Shown here piece after piece: positions 39,101 to 51,100 of a stretch of 60,962 nt of DNA. The position numbers were made by a program, and so were the translations under genes. Position 1 is the stretch's first letter. Every line of letters begins with the position of its first letter. The notes under the pieces are model-generated. The model was not told the origin of the DNA. It searched no databases and saw only the letters and a list, made by a program, of their open reading frames with translations. The stretch is from assembly GCA_028713415.1 (NCBI GenBank), contig JAQTOI010000003.1:1-60962 (forward strand), given 5' to 3'. The DNA comes from Candidatus Omnitrophota bacterium (GTDB taxonomy: Bacteria > Omnitrophota > Gorgyraeia > Duberdicusellales > 4484-171).

Positions 39101-42100
39101 CTTGATGAACGTAGAGGGAGTGCAGATTAGGCGTGATTTAAAAGTTTCCGGGCGAGCTGCCTTGCAAGGTTTGTTAAAAGCAAAACAGTCTGCGAAAGAA
39201 AAAGGACCAACACAAATTGTTTCATTGGAAGAGATAGCTACATTGATAACATCGCGTTTTACGCCCATAGCGGAGAAATTAATTTCAGGTAATGCCGGAG
39301 CTACGGATGAGGCAAGACAATTTTTTAATTCTCTCAATGTTCCGCAGCTTAATGGAATCATTGAGGCGGCCTTAAGAATTGGAAGCTCACCGTTAGATCT
39401 AAACGAAAGTCTCCCCAAAACTTTAATTGCCGTGCTGGAAGATGAGATTAAAAATGACGGTTTTAATTTTTTGCATCGATTATTTTCCGCACCATATTTA
39501 AATTTAGATAGATTGATTTTGCTTTCACCTCAGGCTATGATTCGCACATTAGCTAGCGCAATCCGCGCCGTTACAAAAAGTACTCGTCAAGAAGGACTCG
39601 CAAAATTATTCAATTACGCAGAGCAGTTTAGCGTTAGCACTGATTTTGCCGATAATACTTCCGTGCATAACGTAGATGAGGCTGAATTTATAAGACAAAG
39701 GCAAGATGAACAAGATCGCGGGCGTAAGACAAAAGGCGGAGGAGGCGTTGTTTTCGAAATCGCACCGCTGAAACTTTCTGAACGAGGAGTGGAATTCAGG
39801 GTGTATGTTCCCGGCGCACAGTGGGTTTCTGTTGTCGGAGACTTCTTTAAAACTATAAGCAAAAAAGACATAGCGTGGGGCTGGGATCCTGCCCAGTTTC
39901 CTATGGAAAAAATTGGTGCTGATATTTGGCAAATAACCATACCGCTTGAGCCATCACTTGATGTTTACGAATATCGTTTTGGTATAGCTACAGATGCAGG
40001 CGGCTCTTGGGATGAGATACGGCCTAACGCAGACAAGAATTTCCGCCTTAAAGTGAGTCAACCCTATGCAGCCGGGCAAACAACGTTTCCCGGCCGCATA
40101 AAAGCAGGCGCTACTATTTACGAAATGTTTCTAAGGGCATTTGAAAACTTTGGGCCAAAAGAACACATGAAAGAGGGAATGAGTGTAACTACCCAGCGCC
40201 TTAGTTCTGAGCATGTTGATATAGTTCAGATTATGCCGGCCCATTTATTAGGTATTGAAGCAAGAAAGGGCGAGCCTGGTTCGCCATATTCCATCAGGAA
40301 CTATTTTCAAATTCAAAGCACAGAGACCGCGCCAGGAGGTTATCTTGGCGAAGAGGGCCTTCTTTATTTGGTTAAGAGTTTTGAAGAAAAAGGTATAGAT
40401 GTAATATTTGACGTAGTGCTTAATCATACAGCGCCTGATCATTTTCTTATCAAACATATGCCTCATATGTGGGTTAGAATCGCCGGCCAGGCAGTTGCGC
40501 CTAACAATGCTTTTGCTGATGTACGTCAATTGAATCCGCTAAACCTGGATACGAGGGATTTCGCGCTTGTGTATATGGCCTGGCTTATTGCCCGTTTTGG
40601 CGCAAGGGGTTTTCGCGCTGACGTAGCGGAGTTCTTGCCTATAAGTTTCTGGAATGAATTGTTCGCCAACCTGGAAAGATTTGAATCTTGGTTTTATCCG
40701 AATAGGCAACGCGGCAATGGCTTACTTAAAATCATGGAAGGAGGAGTGGAAGATAAAAGGAGTGAAAAAGATGACCCGCGTTATATCGGTGAAGGAAGGT
40801 TTAACTGCGCTTATAATTTTGAACTGCTTAATGCTATAGAGGCCTATTCAAAAGGAGAAATAGACGCGATAGCCTTAACGCAAGTTTTAGCGGCGCAAAT
40901 AAATTCAGGTATACCGCATCTTTTACAATTGAGTAACCATGATTGGAGCCTTTATCATCAGCCTACTGTTGCACGCTTAGGCAAGCTTATACGGCCATTT
41001 ACCTTCATTCAACTGACCGCAGGCGGACCTAATAATTTATCATTTTTATTCAACGGAGATGAAGTTGCCTATCCTTATCCTGTAGATCATCATGGTTTGC
41101 ATCATTTGAATTTAGAAGCAGGTGACAGAGGGTATTACCTCTGGCGTCTTAAGGTCATTTCTTCTGTCCGTTTGGAAGAATTGCAGCCATTAGCGCAAGT
41201 TCAGCCGGAATTTTTACCTGATGTGTTTTCTGATGAAGAGGTAAAGAAAACTACCCTTATTTACCGCAAAGTTATCGGTCAAAGACAATTTTACTATTTG
41301 GTTAATCTGGATAGGGAAGGCAAAGAGCGCTGGCTTCCAATCAGCGGGCTTATCGGCAGAGAATTAAGCGATGATGAGACATTGTATGATTTTGTCGCTG
41401 AACGCAGCCTTAGCCGCGGTAATGGCTGTGCCTATAACATTCGTAAAGGAGAAACGCCTGGCGAAAACAAAGAATTTATTGTTTTAGCAATCGATGACCC
41501 GCTTATGCTTGAGGTGAGAAAAAATACGGTGCCGCAATCAGCGCAAACCGCTGCCAGTTCGCCGTCTGTCCAGCCGCAACCCGAGCATAAGCCGGCGGCA
41601 TTGTCAACACGACGAGGGAAGGCTTTCTGGGAAGATCGGCAGCTTATGAAAGTGATGCTAAGTTTTGCCGATAAAAAGAAACACTCTAAAGAACATACAG
41701 CGGCATTGGTCCGTGAAATTGAAAGAGTGGAAGGTGTAAAGCTCAAGATATTCGACGCTGTCAGCGTGGGGCATCCGAGACAAGGCATGCCTTCGTGGAG
41801 AAGGCGCATTCATCAATTTGAGATAGTCCGTGAAGATAATGGACAAATGTTGTATCAAATACCGAAAGACCCTGCTTTTAGGGGAATGATAACTGTTAAG
41901 CGTTACATCCCGGAAGGTATTCTGGATACATTTTTTGAAATCAATCCGCATTCTCCCACGGCTCACAAAAGTCCCCTAAGTTACCACTACTTTATTTGTC
42001 GTAGTGATGACAATGCTACCTATTACGATGAAGGATTGCAAATATTCGAACAAAATTCACCTTATATCAATGTTCAATGTATTACAGAAGAGGATTTTAT

Positions 42101-45100
42101 CCGCAATTTTATGCCGCCCGGAAAAAGGTCGCATATTATGAGTAAAGGACTAAGCGCAAAAGACCGGGAAGAGTTTGTGCGGTTCAATGATGCATTATCT
42201 GATCTTTATCATAACGTTAGGCCATCCCTAATGCTGCATGCCGATTATCCTCATGCCTGCGGACATAGCGCGAGTGCAAGCGGTAAGGCGCTTGAACTTC
42301 ATGGTTTCACGGGTTGGATTCCTCACCAAACAAATATGCCACACGGAGATACCGTGCAGAATTATATAGAGCTTACTGTCGCAGACGTAAATCTTGTTTT
42401 GGATATGAATGCCGATACTTCAGAATGGCGTATAATCGATAGCGGGAAGAACGTATGGGAAATGCGCAATGTTGGTATCGTTGTCTTACCCAGGTGGGAA
42501 ATCAAAAATAATGCCGGAAGATACCGCATTTATCATCCTTATTCGGTCTATGAAACTTTAGCAAGAGTAAAACATGAAGATATTAAAATGCCGGACGGAA
42601 CTTTTATCCCTGCGAATATCGACGCTGAGGGTAATTGGTTGCCCGGATACGTAAATTTGTCTCCGGGTGTGACCGCGCCGCCGGCCGCCGAGGGTCCTGT
42701 CAGCTCGCCTGCCAACTCGAACCAAGAGCGGCTGTTGCAGGTAATACACAACGGCATTTACGTCTTACCTATATATTATATAAGGCTTGAAGGTAGAAGC
42801 AGAGACCCGGGAATAGGAAAATACACCCAGGTGGTGCCTTTCGTGAAGGAGCATGTTTTGCCTTTAGGTCATCGCGTAGTATTATTTTTGCCTTTTACCA
42901 TGCAGCTTCCCTGGTCGCAGTCACCCTATGATTCGGCTAATCGGCGATATTTTAATACTGATTATATTGACTGGGGGGTCGTCCCTGAGGCTCAAAAGTT
43001 TTTAGGGCAATTCGGTTATTACGGCCATTCGCAAAGAAGCATTGATTATAGAGCTTTACGTGAAAGAGAAACTAAAATAGGGATTGCAGCTTTTTTTGAG
43101 TTTAGAGAAAATAAAGATGGCCAGTATAGGCAGCGTTTTACCGATTTCAGGCAATTTGTCCGTGAAAGAGAAGAAAAAGAGAGAAATGGTGCTATGTGGG
43201 ATCTATGGGATTTAGAACATATCGGCAGATACCGCGCTTTCAATCATCTTTTGGGTAACCAGGAAGGCCTTTGGGTGCATGAGGGAATGGATTGCGGTTG
43301 CCAAGAGCATCATCCTGTTGTGGAAGCTTATAATGCCGATATTCAAAATAAAGATTTTCAATATGAGGATTTAATTGATTTTTATAAGTATCAACAGTGG
43401 ATAGCGACAACGCAGGCGTTAGCCATGGCGGAGGGTGTGACTCGTCTTGGAATGCTAAAAGGGGTCGATAATCAATTTTTCGACGCCAAAGGAGGGATTG
43501 ATTTCTGGCTATTACGTAAATATTATGAAACTTTTGAAAAATCTCCTGGGGTTCCGGGCACAGGTGATGAACCAGACCAGAGATGGATGTCTTTGGCTAT
43601 GCCGAATTGGCAAGCATTAGCCCAGGTTGGTTATGAGCCTTTTCTTGCGCCATATCATCATATTCTTGGGAATCTTAAAGCAAACGCCATAAGGGCTGAC
43701 GCCATACACTTTTTATTTGCTTGGATTCACTGGAAATGCGGGCCATACGCGGAGAATTTTCAATCTTGGCAATCACCGGGCCAGGGCCTCTTATATAGGC
43801 TTGATGAAGTTTTTGATTCTTACGGAACATTCAGGATCGGTGAGCTTCTTGGGCCAGGGCCTGATTATGTTGCGCGCATGGGATTTAATAATTATAAGTG
43901 GCATTTTTACCGGATATGGAAGTGGAATAATCCTATAGATTTTAATCCCGGCTGGAATATAAAAGCTTTAGAGCTTCACGACGGTACGCGTTTTTGTGTC
44001 GATCCCGAATATCGTTTTAATCCTTATGCCAGCCACAGCGAATTGCGCTATCGCCTGGAAGGGCCGGGAGGTTTTAAGGAATTGATGAGCAGGTTTTTCT
44101 TAGGCAGCCCGGATATTCCTATGATTTATGCCGGCGATGAAGTCCTTGACCAATGGTGGCTAAATAATCCATGGTTGCCTACGGAAATGATGGAGAGAAA
44201 CTGGGCGACGAGGATGCCCATAGAAGGAGACGATGATTTTGACTCGCGAGTTGCAAACGAAATGTTTACGCACCGCAGGTGGATAGGAGAACAACTTGTA
44301 GCCAGAAATCCGGCAAGCCGGATTTCTTCTTCGCCGGCCGCAGGTGAAAACCGCTCTATGCCCGTGGATTCGTTACGCACCCTTTTCTGGCCGATGAATG
44401 CATTGCGCCGGCGCGGAGATTTCTTAAGCGGCGATATCAGGGGCAAAGAACTACTTGCCGAAATGGCGGCAAAAAAAGGTTACAACAGCCTGCTTGATTT
44501 TCCGCTAGCTCAAACCGGACATTGGCTGGCAAGCCCTTATGACGCAATCAGCGCGTTTGCCTACGACGCTATCAAAGGCTTACCGTTAGATGAAATGATG
44601 ACTGAAGATGACCTATCGCTAGCTCTTGAAGAGGCGTTTTACGATTATTTGCTGAATACCTGTATGAAGTTGCGTGGCATACCGATTCAATCAAAGGAAG
44701 ATTTCTACCGGCGCATAGAATACGCTCAAAAGGCTACAAGCGTTCCTCATACCTTTGTTTACCTGGTGCGACGGGCGGTACTCTGGCATTTGTACAATAA
44801 AGAAAATATATACCAACGCCTGCAAGATAACGACGCTACACTACGCGGCCTCACCGATTACATAAACGCCGAAAAGGATTGGCTGGAAGGCTATAGCACT
44901 TTCCATGTTTTATATGATCATTATAACGGCGCCTGGTGGCGTGACTGGCCGAAAGGCTTACGTGACCGCAATCCTCGGGCTATTGACGAATTCATGAAGG
45001 CTGATAATGGAAACAATAACCGCAGGAAAGTTTTTTATGAGTGGCTCCAGTGGAGGTATGAGTTGCGCTTGAGCCAGGCTGATAAACTTTTTAAACGTGT

Positions 45101-48100
45101 GGGAATTACTATCATTGCAGATATGGCTTTATATCCGGCAGATAATAGCGCAGATGTTTGGTGGAACCAGGGGCTCTTTTTGCCTGAATGGGCCGCTGGC
45201 GCTCCTATTGATGAAGCTTGCCTCAAAGAACAGAACTGGGGGTTACCTCCTTATGCCTGGATAAGAAAGTTTGCTTCGGTCTTACGTTACGAACTTGCCA
45301 AGATCAGGCGCCAGCTATCGCATGCCCGGGGCTTACGTATCGACCACATTTGGGGCCTTTCCCAGGAACATCTTATTTACAGGGATGTATCGCAGGGTAA
45401 GCAATCAGGTTTTGTTCCGCGCAGGGTCCAGGATGCCATCCACCAGCAGGCAGCTATTATCAGCGCGTTTTGCGAGGAAGCACGCAAACATAAGGCATTT
45501 CTTGTCGGTGAGAATATCGGCATACGTAATCCGGCCATCGTCGATGCGCTCTATCAGCATTGTAGCGACGAAGGTAATTTGCTTCTTACTAATGTCACCG
45601 GCTGGCGGCCTTCACGCGTTAATAACCGCGATATTATCGTATATCCGTATGATTTTACTTCTGCAGCCTCCGGTGATACCCCGATGCGTTATGCTGAGCG
45701 TATGCGCTTAAGTGATTACCAAGATGCTTGGTGGGGCCAGACCGCGGCATTTCTTGCCGCGCGGGGCGTCTATGTTGATAGGAACAGGCATACCTTTAGG
45801 CAAATCGAAGACTTAGTTGAAGCTTGCATTACCGGTATCACACCGCGCGGTATACTTCCCTTTACCTGCACGACAGTCGCGCGTTTCCTGGGCCTTAGAA
45901 ATTTTATGTTTAATATTCCCGGAGAACAGACTCCGCATCTCTGGTGCGGTAGGCCGGAAGTTTTTCTTGAAGACCTCATCAGCCGTATTGAACAAGAGGA
46001 CGCTAAGTTTAAAGAAGTACTTACTGCTGCGCGAGCCGGCACAATAGAAGTTGAACATTTCGCCAGCGTACACGGCGTAGCATCAAAAGCCCTTCGGGTC
46101 AAATTCGACAATCAACTCTATGGTATTATTTACAATGATAGCGATAGGGAAGAGGAGGGCAGAGTAGACTTCTATCTGGATCAGTTGGGATTCGATTGGT
46201 ATAAGCCCTTTGCCTTACGTGATGAAATTAGCAGACAACTCTTTGTCTTTGTTCCCGGTAAAAACTTACATGATTTCGGTATCATGTACTATAAGCTTGC
46301 CCCGCACCAGGCGCATATTTTCCGCCTTACGCATACCAATCGGGATTCTTTGTGCGTTGATTTGCCGGTTATTGAAGCGCCGGCACCAAGAATTCTTTTT
46401 GCCGGAGATTCACATGCCCGCGGATTAAGAGGCCTTAGTGAAAAACGCATCTGGGAGCCGCTAGCCTGGGGTTATCGTGGTCCGCTGTTAGAGTTATTGC
46501 GCGCAAATGGTTTTGATTATAGCCCGCACGGCCCATTTAATGAGCCTGACAATCCAAATGTCTATGATCGCGCGCACCTGGGCTGGGATGGTATTTATAC
46601 GCATACGGTATATCCCAACCACCCTACTGCGTCGTACGGTTTATACGAACTTATGCAATTGCACCTTGAAAATTCTATGCCACTCCCTAATCCAGAGCAT
46701 TCCGCTGTTTTAATAGATATCGGAACAAATGATGTTTCCGATCTGAATGTAAATATTGCTGAGTCTGTTCATTACCTTGAAGAGACAATTAAATTTATTC
46801 ATGCGCACGATGCGTCAATTGACGTTTATGTAACTCATTTATTGCGCCGTGGGGACAGCATCAGGTCAGAAGAATTTAACAGCGCGGTTGCGGAGATGAT
46901 AGAGCGCCTTAAGAGCGAGCAGCCCGGTAAACAAAACATCTATCCGGTTGACATGCGCAAATTGCGCCAAGACCCCGATTGGCAAACGAAATTTTTTGCA
47001 GATGATTGGCATTATAACGATGAAGGCTTCGATGCCGCGGCTAAAATTCAGTGCGAGGCAATCCTTGATGTGATTAACCCGATGTGGCGGCCTGTTGCGT
47101 CATCTCATGCCAGTTCCCCTATAACCTTTAAAGACTTGGATTTGAGCACGCAAGAGGTCATTGGTGAAGGCGGGGTCGGCCGCATCTATAAAATTAATGG
47201 CGGCAACCATCCTTACGCGGTAAAAGTATACGGCGCGACAGAAGAGGGTCTGGCTGGTTTACCAAAACAGGCAATTGAATTGCCGAAATATCTTTTACGT
47301 ATATCCCGATACGCCAGGCATCTGCCGGAAAATAAATTTATGCCTCACTATTATGAAGAGGGCTATTGCACCCTTGTTAAAGGCCCTAAAGGCGATGAGG
47401 TCGCGCCGGCAGGCAGATTCTTTGGCGCAAAATATCCATTCGTACTTATGGATTATATGCCGGGAACCAGCCTTAAGAAACTGTTAAAAGGCGGCAACAA
47501 AGATATAAATATCGCTGATAATTGGCAGCACAAGATTGTTGCGGCTTTAAGTATTGCAGAGGCGCTTACTCAGTTTCACGCCGCAAAGCTTATCGTAAAG
47601 GAATTAAAACCAAGCCATATATTGCTCAATGTACAAGACAGAAGGCTTAAGGCGTGCCTTATTGATAATGACGGTGTTGTGCCTTATCCTTATAATTGGC
47701 AGGAAAATCCGTGGGGATTGCCGGACATAGTCAGGCTTATTCGTACGCCGGGTTACTGCGAAAGCGTCGAACCTTTTACGTCTGCTTTAAGCAGAGAAAA
47801 AATGCTCAAATCTGCAGCAACGTTTTTTACCCCTCAATGGGACATTTACAGTTTCGGGGTAGTTCTTGTTTGTTTATGCGGCTCAATCGATTTTAGAAAC
47901 CATATAGAAGCTTCGAATTGGGAAAAAGCAGCACGCAGGATAAAACATGAAATTGCACAAATAGCTGCTCAGCCTGATAAAGAAGACCTGATGATGGTAA
48001 AAGCTTGTTTTCAGGTGGCGGCAAAGTGCATTTGTCAGAGAAGCGATCGTTTTGGGAGCATGGCTTTTGTGTCAGCCGCGTTAAGAGAATGTTTAAAGAT

Positions 48101-51100
48101 GGCCAAAAACGTGCTTCCTGGAGATTCACCGTGCGCATCAGGCCCTGTTAGTTCATCTGCTTCAGCCGGCAAACCGCAAAGTGTGCAATTTTACGGCTGC
48201 GGCACGCCTGAACGCATTCTATCAGCTAAAACATTGCCCAGCCCTTCGGAGTACCTCAGGGCGCCGACACATGGTGGCTTCAGCCCTCTGGCTTGGTTCG
48301 ACTACGCTCACCACGAGTCGGCAAGGGCGTCGTTGGACTCCAGCCCACCAATGGCAAATGGCAAAGGGCGAATGGCTGATAGCAATTCAAAGACGTCGCC
48401 GCAACGCGGCTCCGGCCCCGGAAGTATCCGGGACGTCGCAAATAGCTCCAGCCCCGCATCTGGCTCTGAGCAAAAAGCAAAAGAACAGCTCATCGTCCAG
48501 CTAAAAGAAACGCTTTTGCAGGTTCTTACCGCAGAATCAATAGCTCGGTTTAACGAAGATGATTTAATCGGTTTGGCGCTTTTTACCTTGGAGGACTTGC
48601 CGAGAGCGCAAAGGATAGAGCTTATCGGCGCGGCATTAGAAGCTCACAGTATGGACCGTCAAAATGCGGAAAATATCCTCATTGCCTTGTGTGACGCAAA
48701 TTCTTGTGGAAGGATAACGCCTCTTTTTGTAGCTGCAGGTATGCCTGAAGTTTACGAAAGTTCATGGCCGACGCAGAGAGAGGACACCTGGATAGGAGAA
48801 GAAGCACGGGACGTAATTAGGATGGCAATGCTTAATGTTTTTACTCAAATATTTAATTATTTTCATATTTATCCGGATAATCAAAAAACAGTTGTTGATG
48901 TCGGAGCCCGGCGCGGATGGCTTGAGAAATTATTGGGCCAGGAATGGCAAAAGGTTATAACCTTGTTTGACAAAAATGCTTTTTATCTTCTCGAAGCCCG
49001 TGAACAAAGCCTAGGAAAGAATTATATAACCGGCAGTGTTTATGAGTTGGCAAAATACTTACGCGATATAAATTTAATTCTTTCTCTGGATACATTTGAT
49101 ACCTTTTTGGATTTAAGCTGCGCCGCAGCGCAGTGCGCGGCAGCGCTTTCTCCGGCTGGATTAATTATTGTTGTCAACGGCCCGCCAGTTCAGATTGAGC
49201 CGCTTGTCCAAGAGTTGGCTGAACAGGGAATAGTTTATTCTCCTTATTGCGTCGAATTTTTTGATGCGGAAGAGAAGCGCCTTGCTGCTGAAGAAGCTTA
49301 TCATCAATGGAAAAATCTTCCGGAAGATACCCCCTCAGATTTAGCACGGAGTGTCTTTAGCCAATTTTTAGATATCCGCGATAGGTTAGCATTCGATAAA
49401 GATGAGTATTTTCAGGCTAAATTGATACGCCTGTTAAAAATGGAAGGCTTAGAAATCCTGCTTCCTTCGAAAGCTGCACAAAGAGGAATAATGGGAAAAT
49501 ATATAGGCGCAAAAGAAGAAAGGCACAGAAAAGTTTCGCCGACGGCAAATTGCTTTACCTTTTACAAAGGCAGCGGGCACTTGGGATTTGACCCTAAGAT
49601 TCCCTTGGGCAAGGTTGTTGAAGCGGTTGGCTTAAGAGTGGTTATGGCAAGAAAACCTGAACCGTCTCAGCCAAGCAGGAGGCCTTTAAGCTCAAGCTCC
49701 CCGTCAGTAAATATGACTAATCAAATACTCCAGCCCAACTTTCCTGCGGAGTTCGCCGGCCGCGTAGGTTATCAGATACTGGTTGACCGTTTTGCTAATG
49801 GTGATAGCTCAAATGACCCAACCGTTCTTGACACAATGGACGATATTGGGGGCTGGCACACCAGAGATTGGAATAAGCCTTGGTATGAGTATGACCAATG
49901 GGAGATGGACTGGGCAAAAGCAAACCGGAAACACCCCTTAGAGATTATTTGGAAACGCCACTACGGAGGGGATTTACAGGGCGTATTGGACCGGTTGGGT
50001 TACTTAGCAGAATTAGGTATCGGTTTTATTTATTTTAATCCGCTTTTTTGGGCGCCTTCACATCATAAATATGATTGCCGTTCTTTCCATCACATTGACC
50101 CCACCTTTGGCCCTGACCCCAGGGGTGATAAAGCCTTGATGTTAGAGGAAAACCCGGTTGTTCCTGCTACTTGGAAATGGACCAGAGCTGATAAATTATT
50201 TTTAGATGTTATTGAAGCAGCGCATTCAAGAGGAATTTTGGTAGTATTGGACGGTGTGTTTAATCATACTAGCCGGTATTCCTTTGCCTTCGCAGATATT
50301 TTGAGCAATAAACAGGATTCGCGGTATGCCAGCTGGTATCAAATTACGCATTGGGATAGCGAACTGGCCGATGGTTTTGACTATTGGAAATGTCTTGGTG
50401 ACAAATCTTTGCCCGAAGTCAGGCGTGACGGGGATTCTTTAGACTCCGCTTTTAAAGAATATGTGTTTAATAGTATTACGCGTTGGATGCAGCCGGGAGT
50501 CGTCGCCGGACGCAAGCGCCAAGGCGTTGACGGCTGGCGGATTGATACAGCAGATCGCCTTCCGCATGTATTCCTTAAAGAATTACACGCAAAAGTAAAG
50601 TCATTAAATCCTGGCGCGATAATTATCGGAGAAGTCTTGGCTGTTAGCCCGGAGTATCTTCGAGGAGACGAATGTGATTCCTTAACAAACTATTCTTGGC
50701 TTTTTGCCCTGCAGGAGTTTTTCATCAACCAGGAGAGCCGCATCTCACCCAGTCAATTTGCAGGGCTTATGCGCGATTTGTTTACCGCCTATCCTTCACA
50801 AGTACAAGATTATATGTTGAACTTCTTAGGTTGCCACGATACAGAACGTATTATCAGTGCGATTCGCAATCCAGACATGGCTCGACGCGATTGCGGTAAA
50901 CATTACAACAATTCAAAAGTTCTTCATAACCCCAGTTATGACATTGGGCCTGCAAGCGAGCGGGATATTAAAATCCAGCAGTTACTTGTTTTATATCAAA
51001 TGACCGCACCCGGTATGCCGGTAATTTATTATGGAGATGAACTGGGCTTACCCGGAGCAAATGACCCTTGCTGCCGCGTTCCCATGCCCTGGCATATTGT

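Noticed and set aside
49677-49715. AGGAGG (49677-49682) upstream of the in-frame ATG at 49713 that opens the GH13 module ('MTNQ...'), as a possible internal ribosome-binding site for independent translation
   Set aside because: The spacing of about 30 nt is far outside the usual 5-10 nt. It is a single occurrence, and I did not see a comparable SD-ATG pairing at other module starts.
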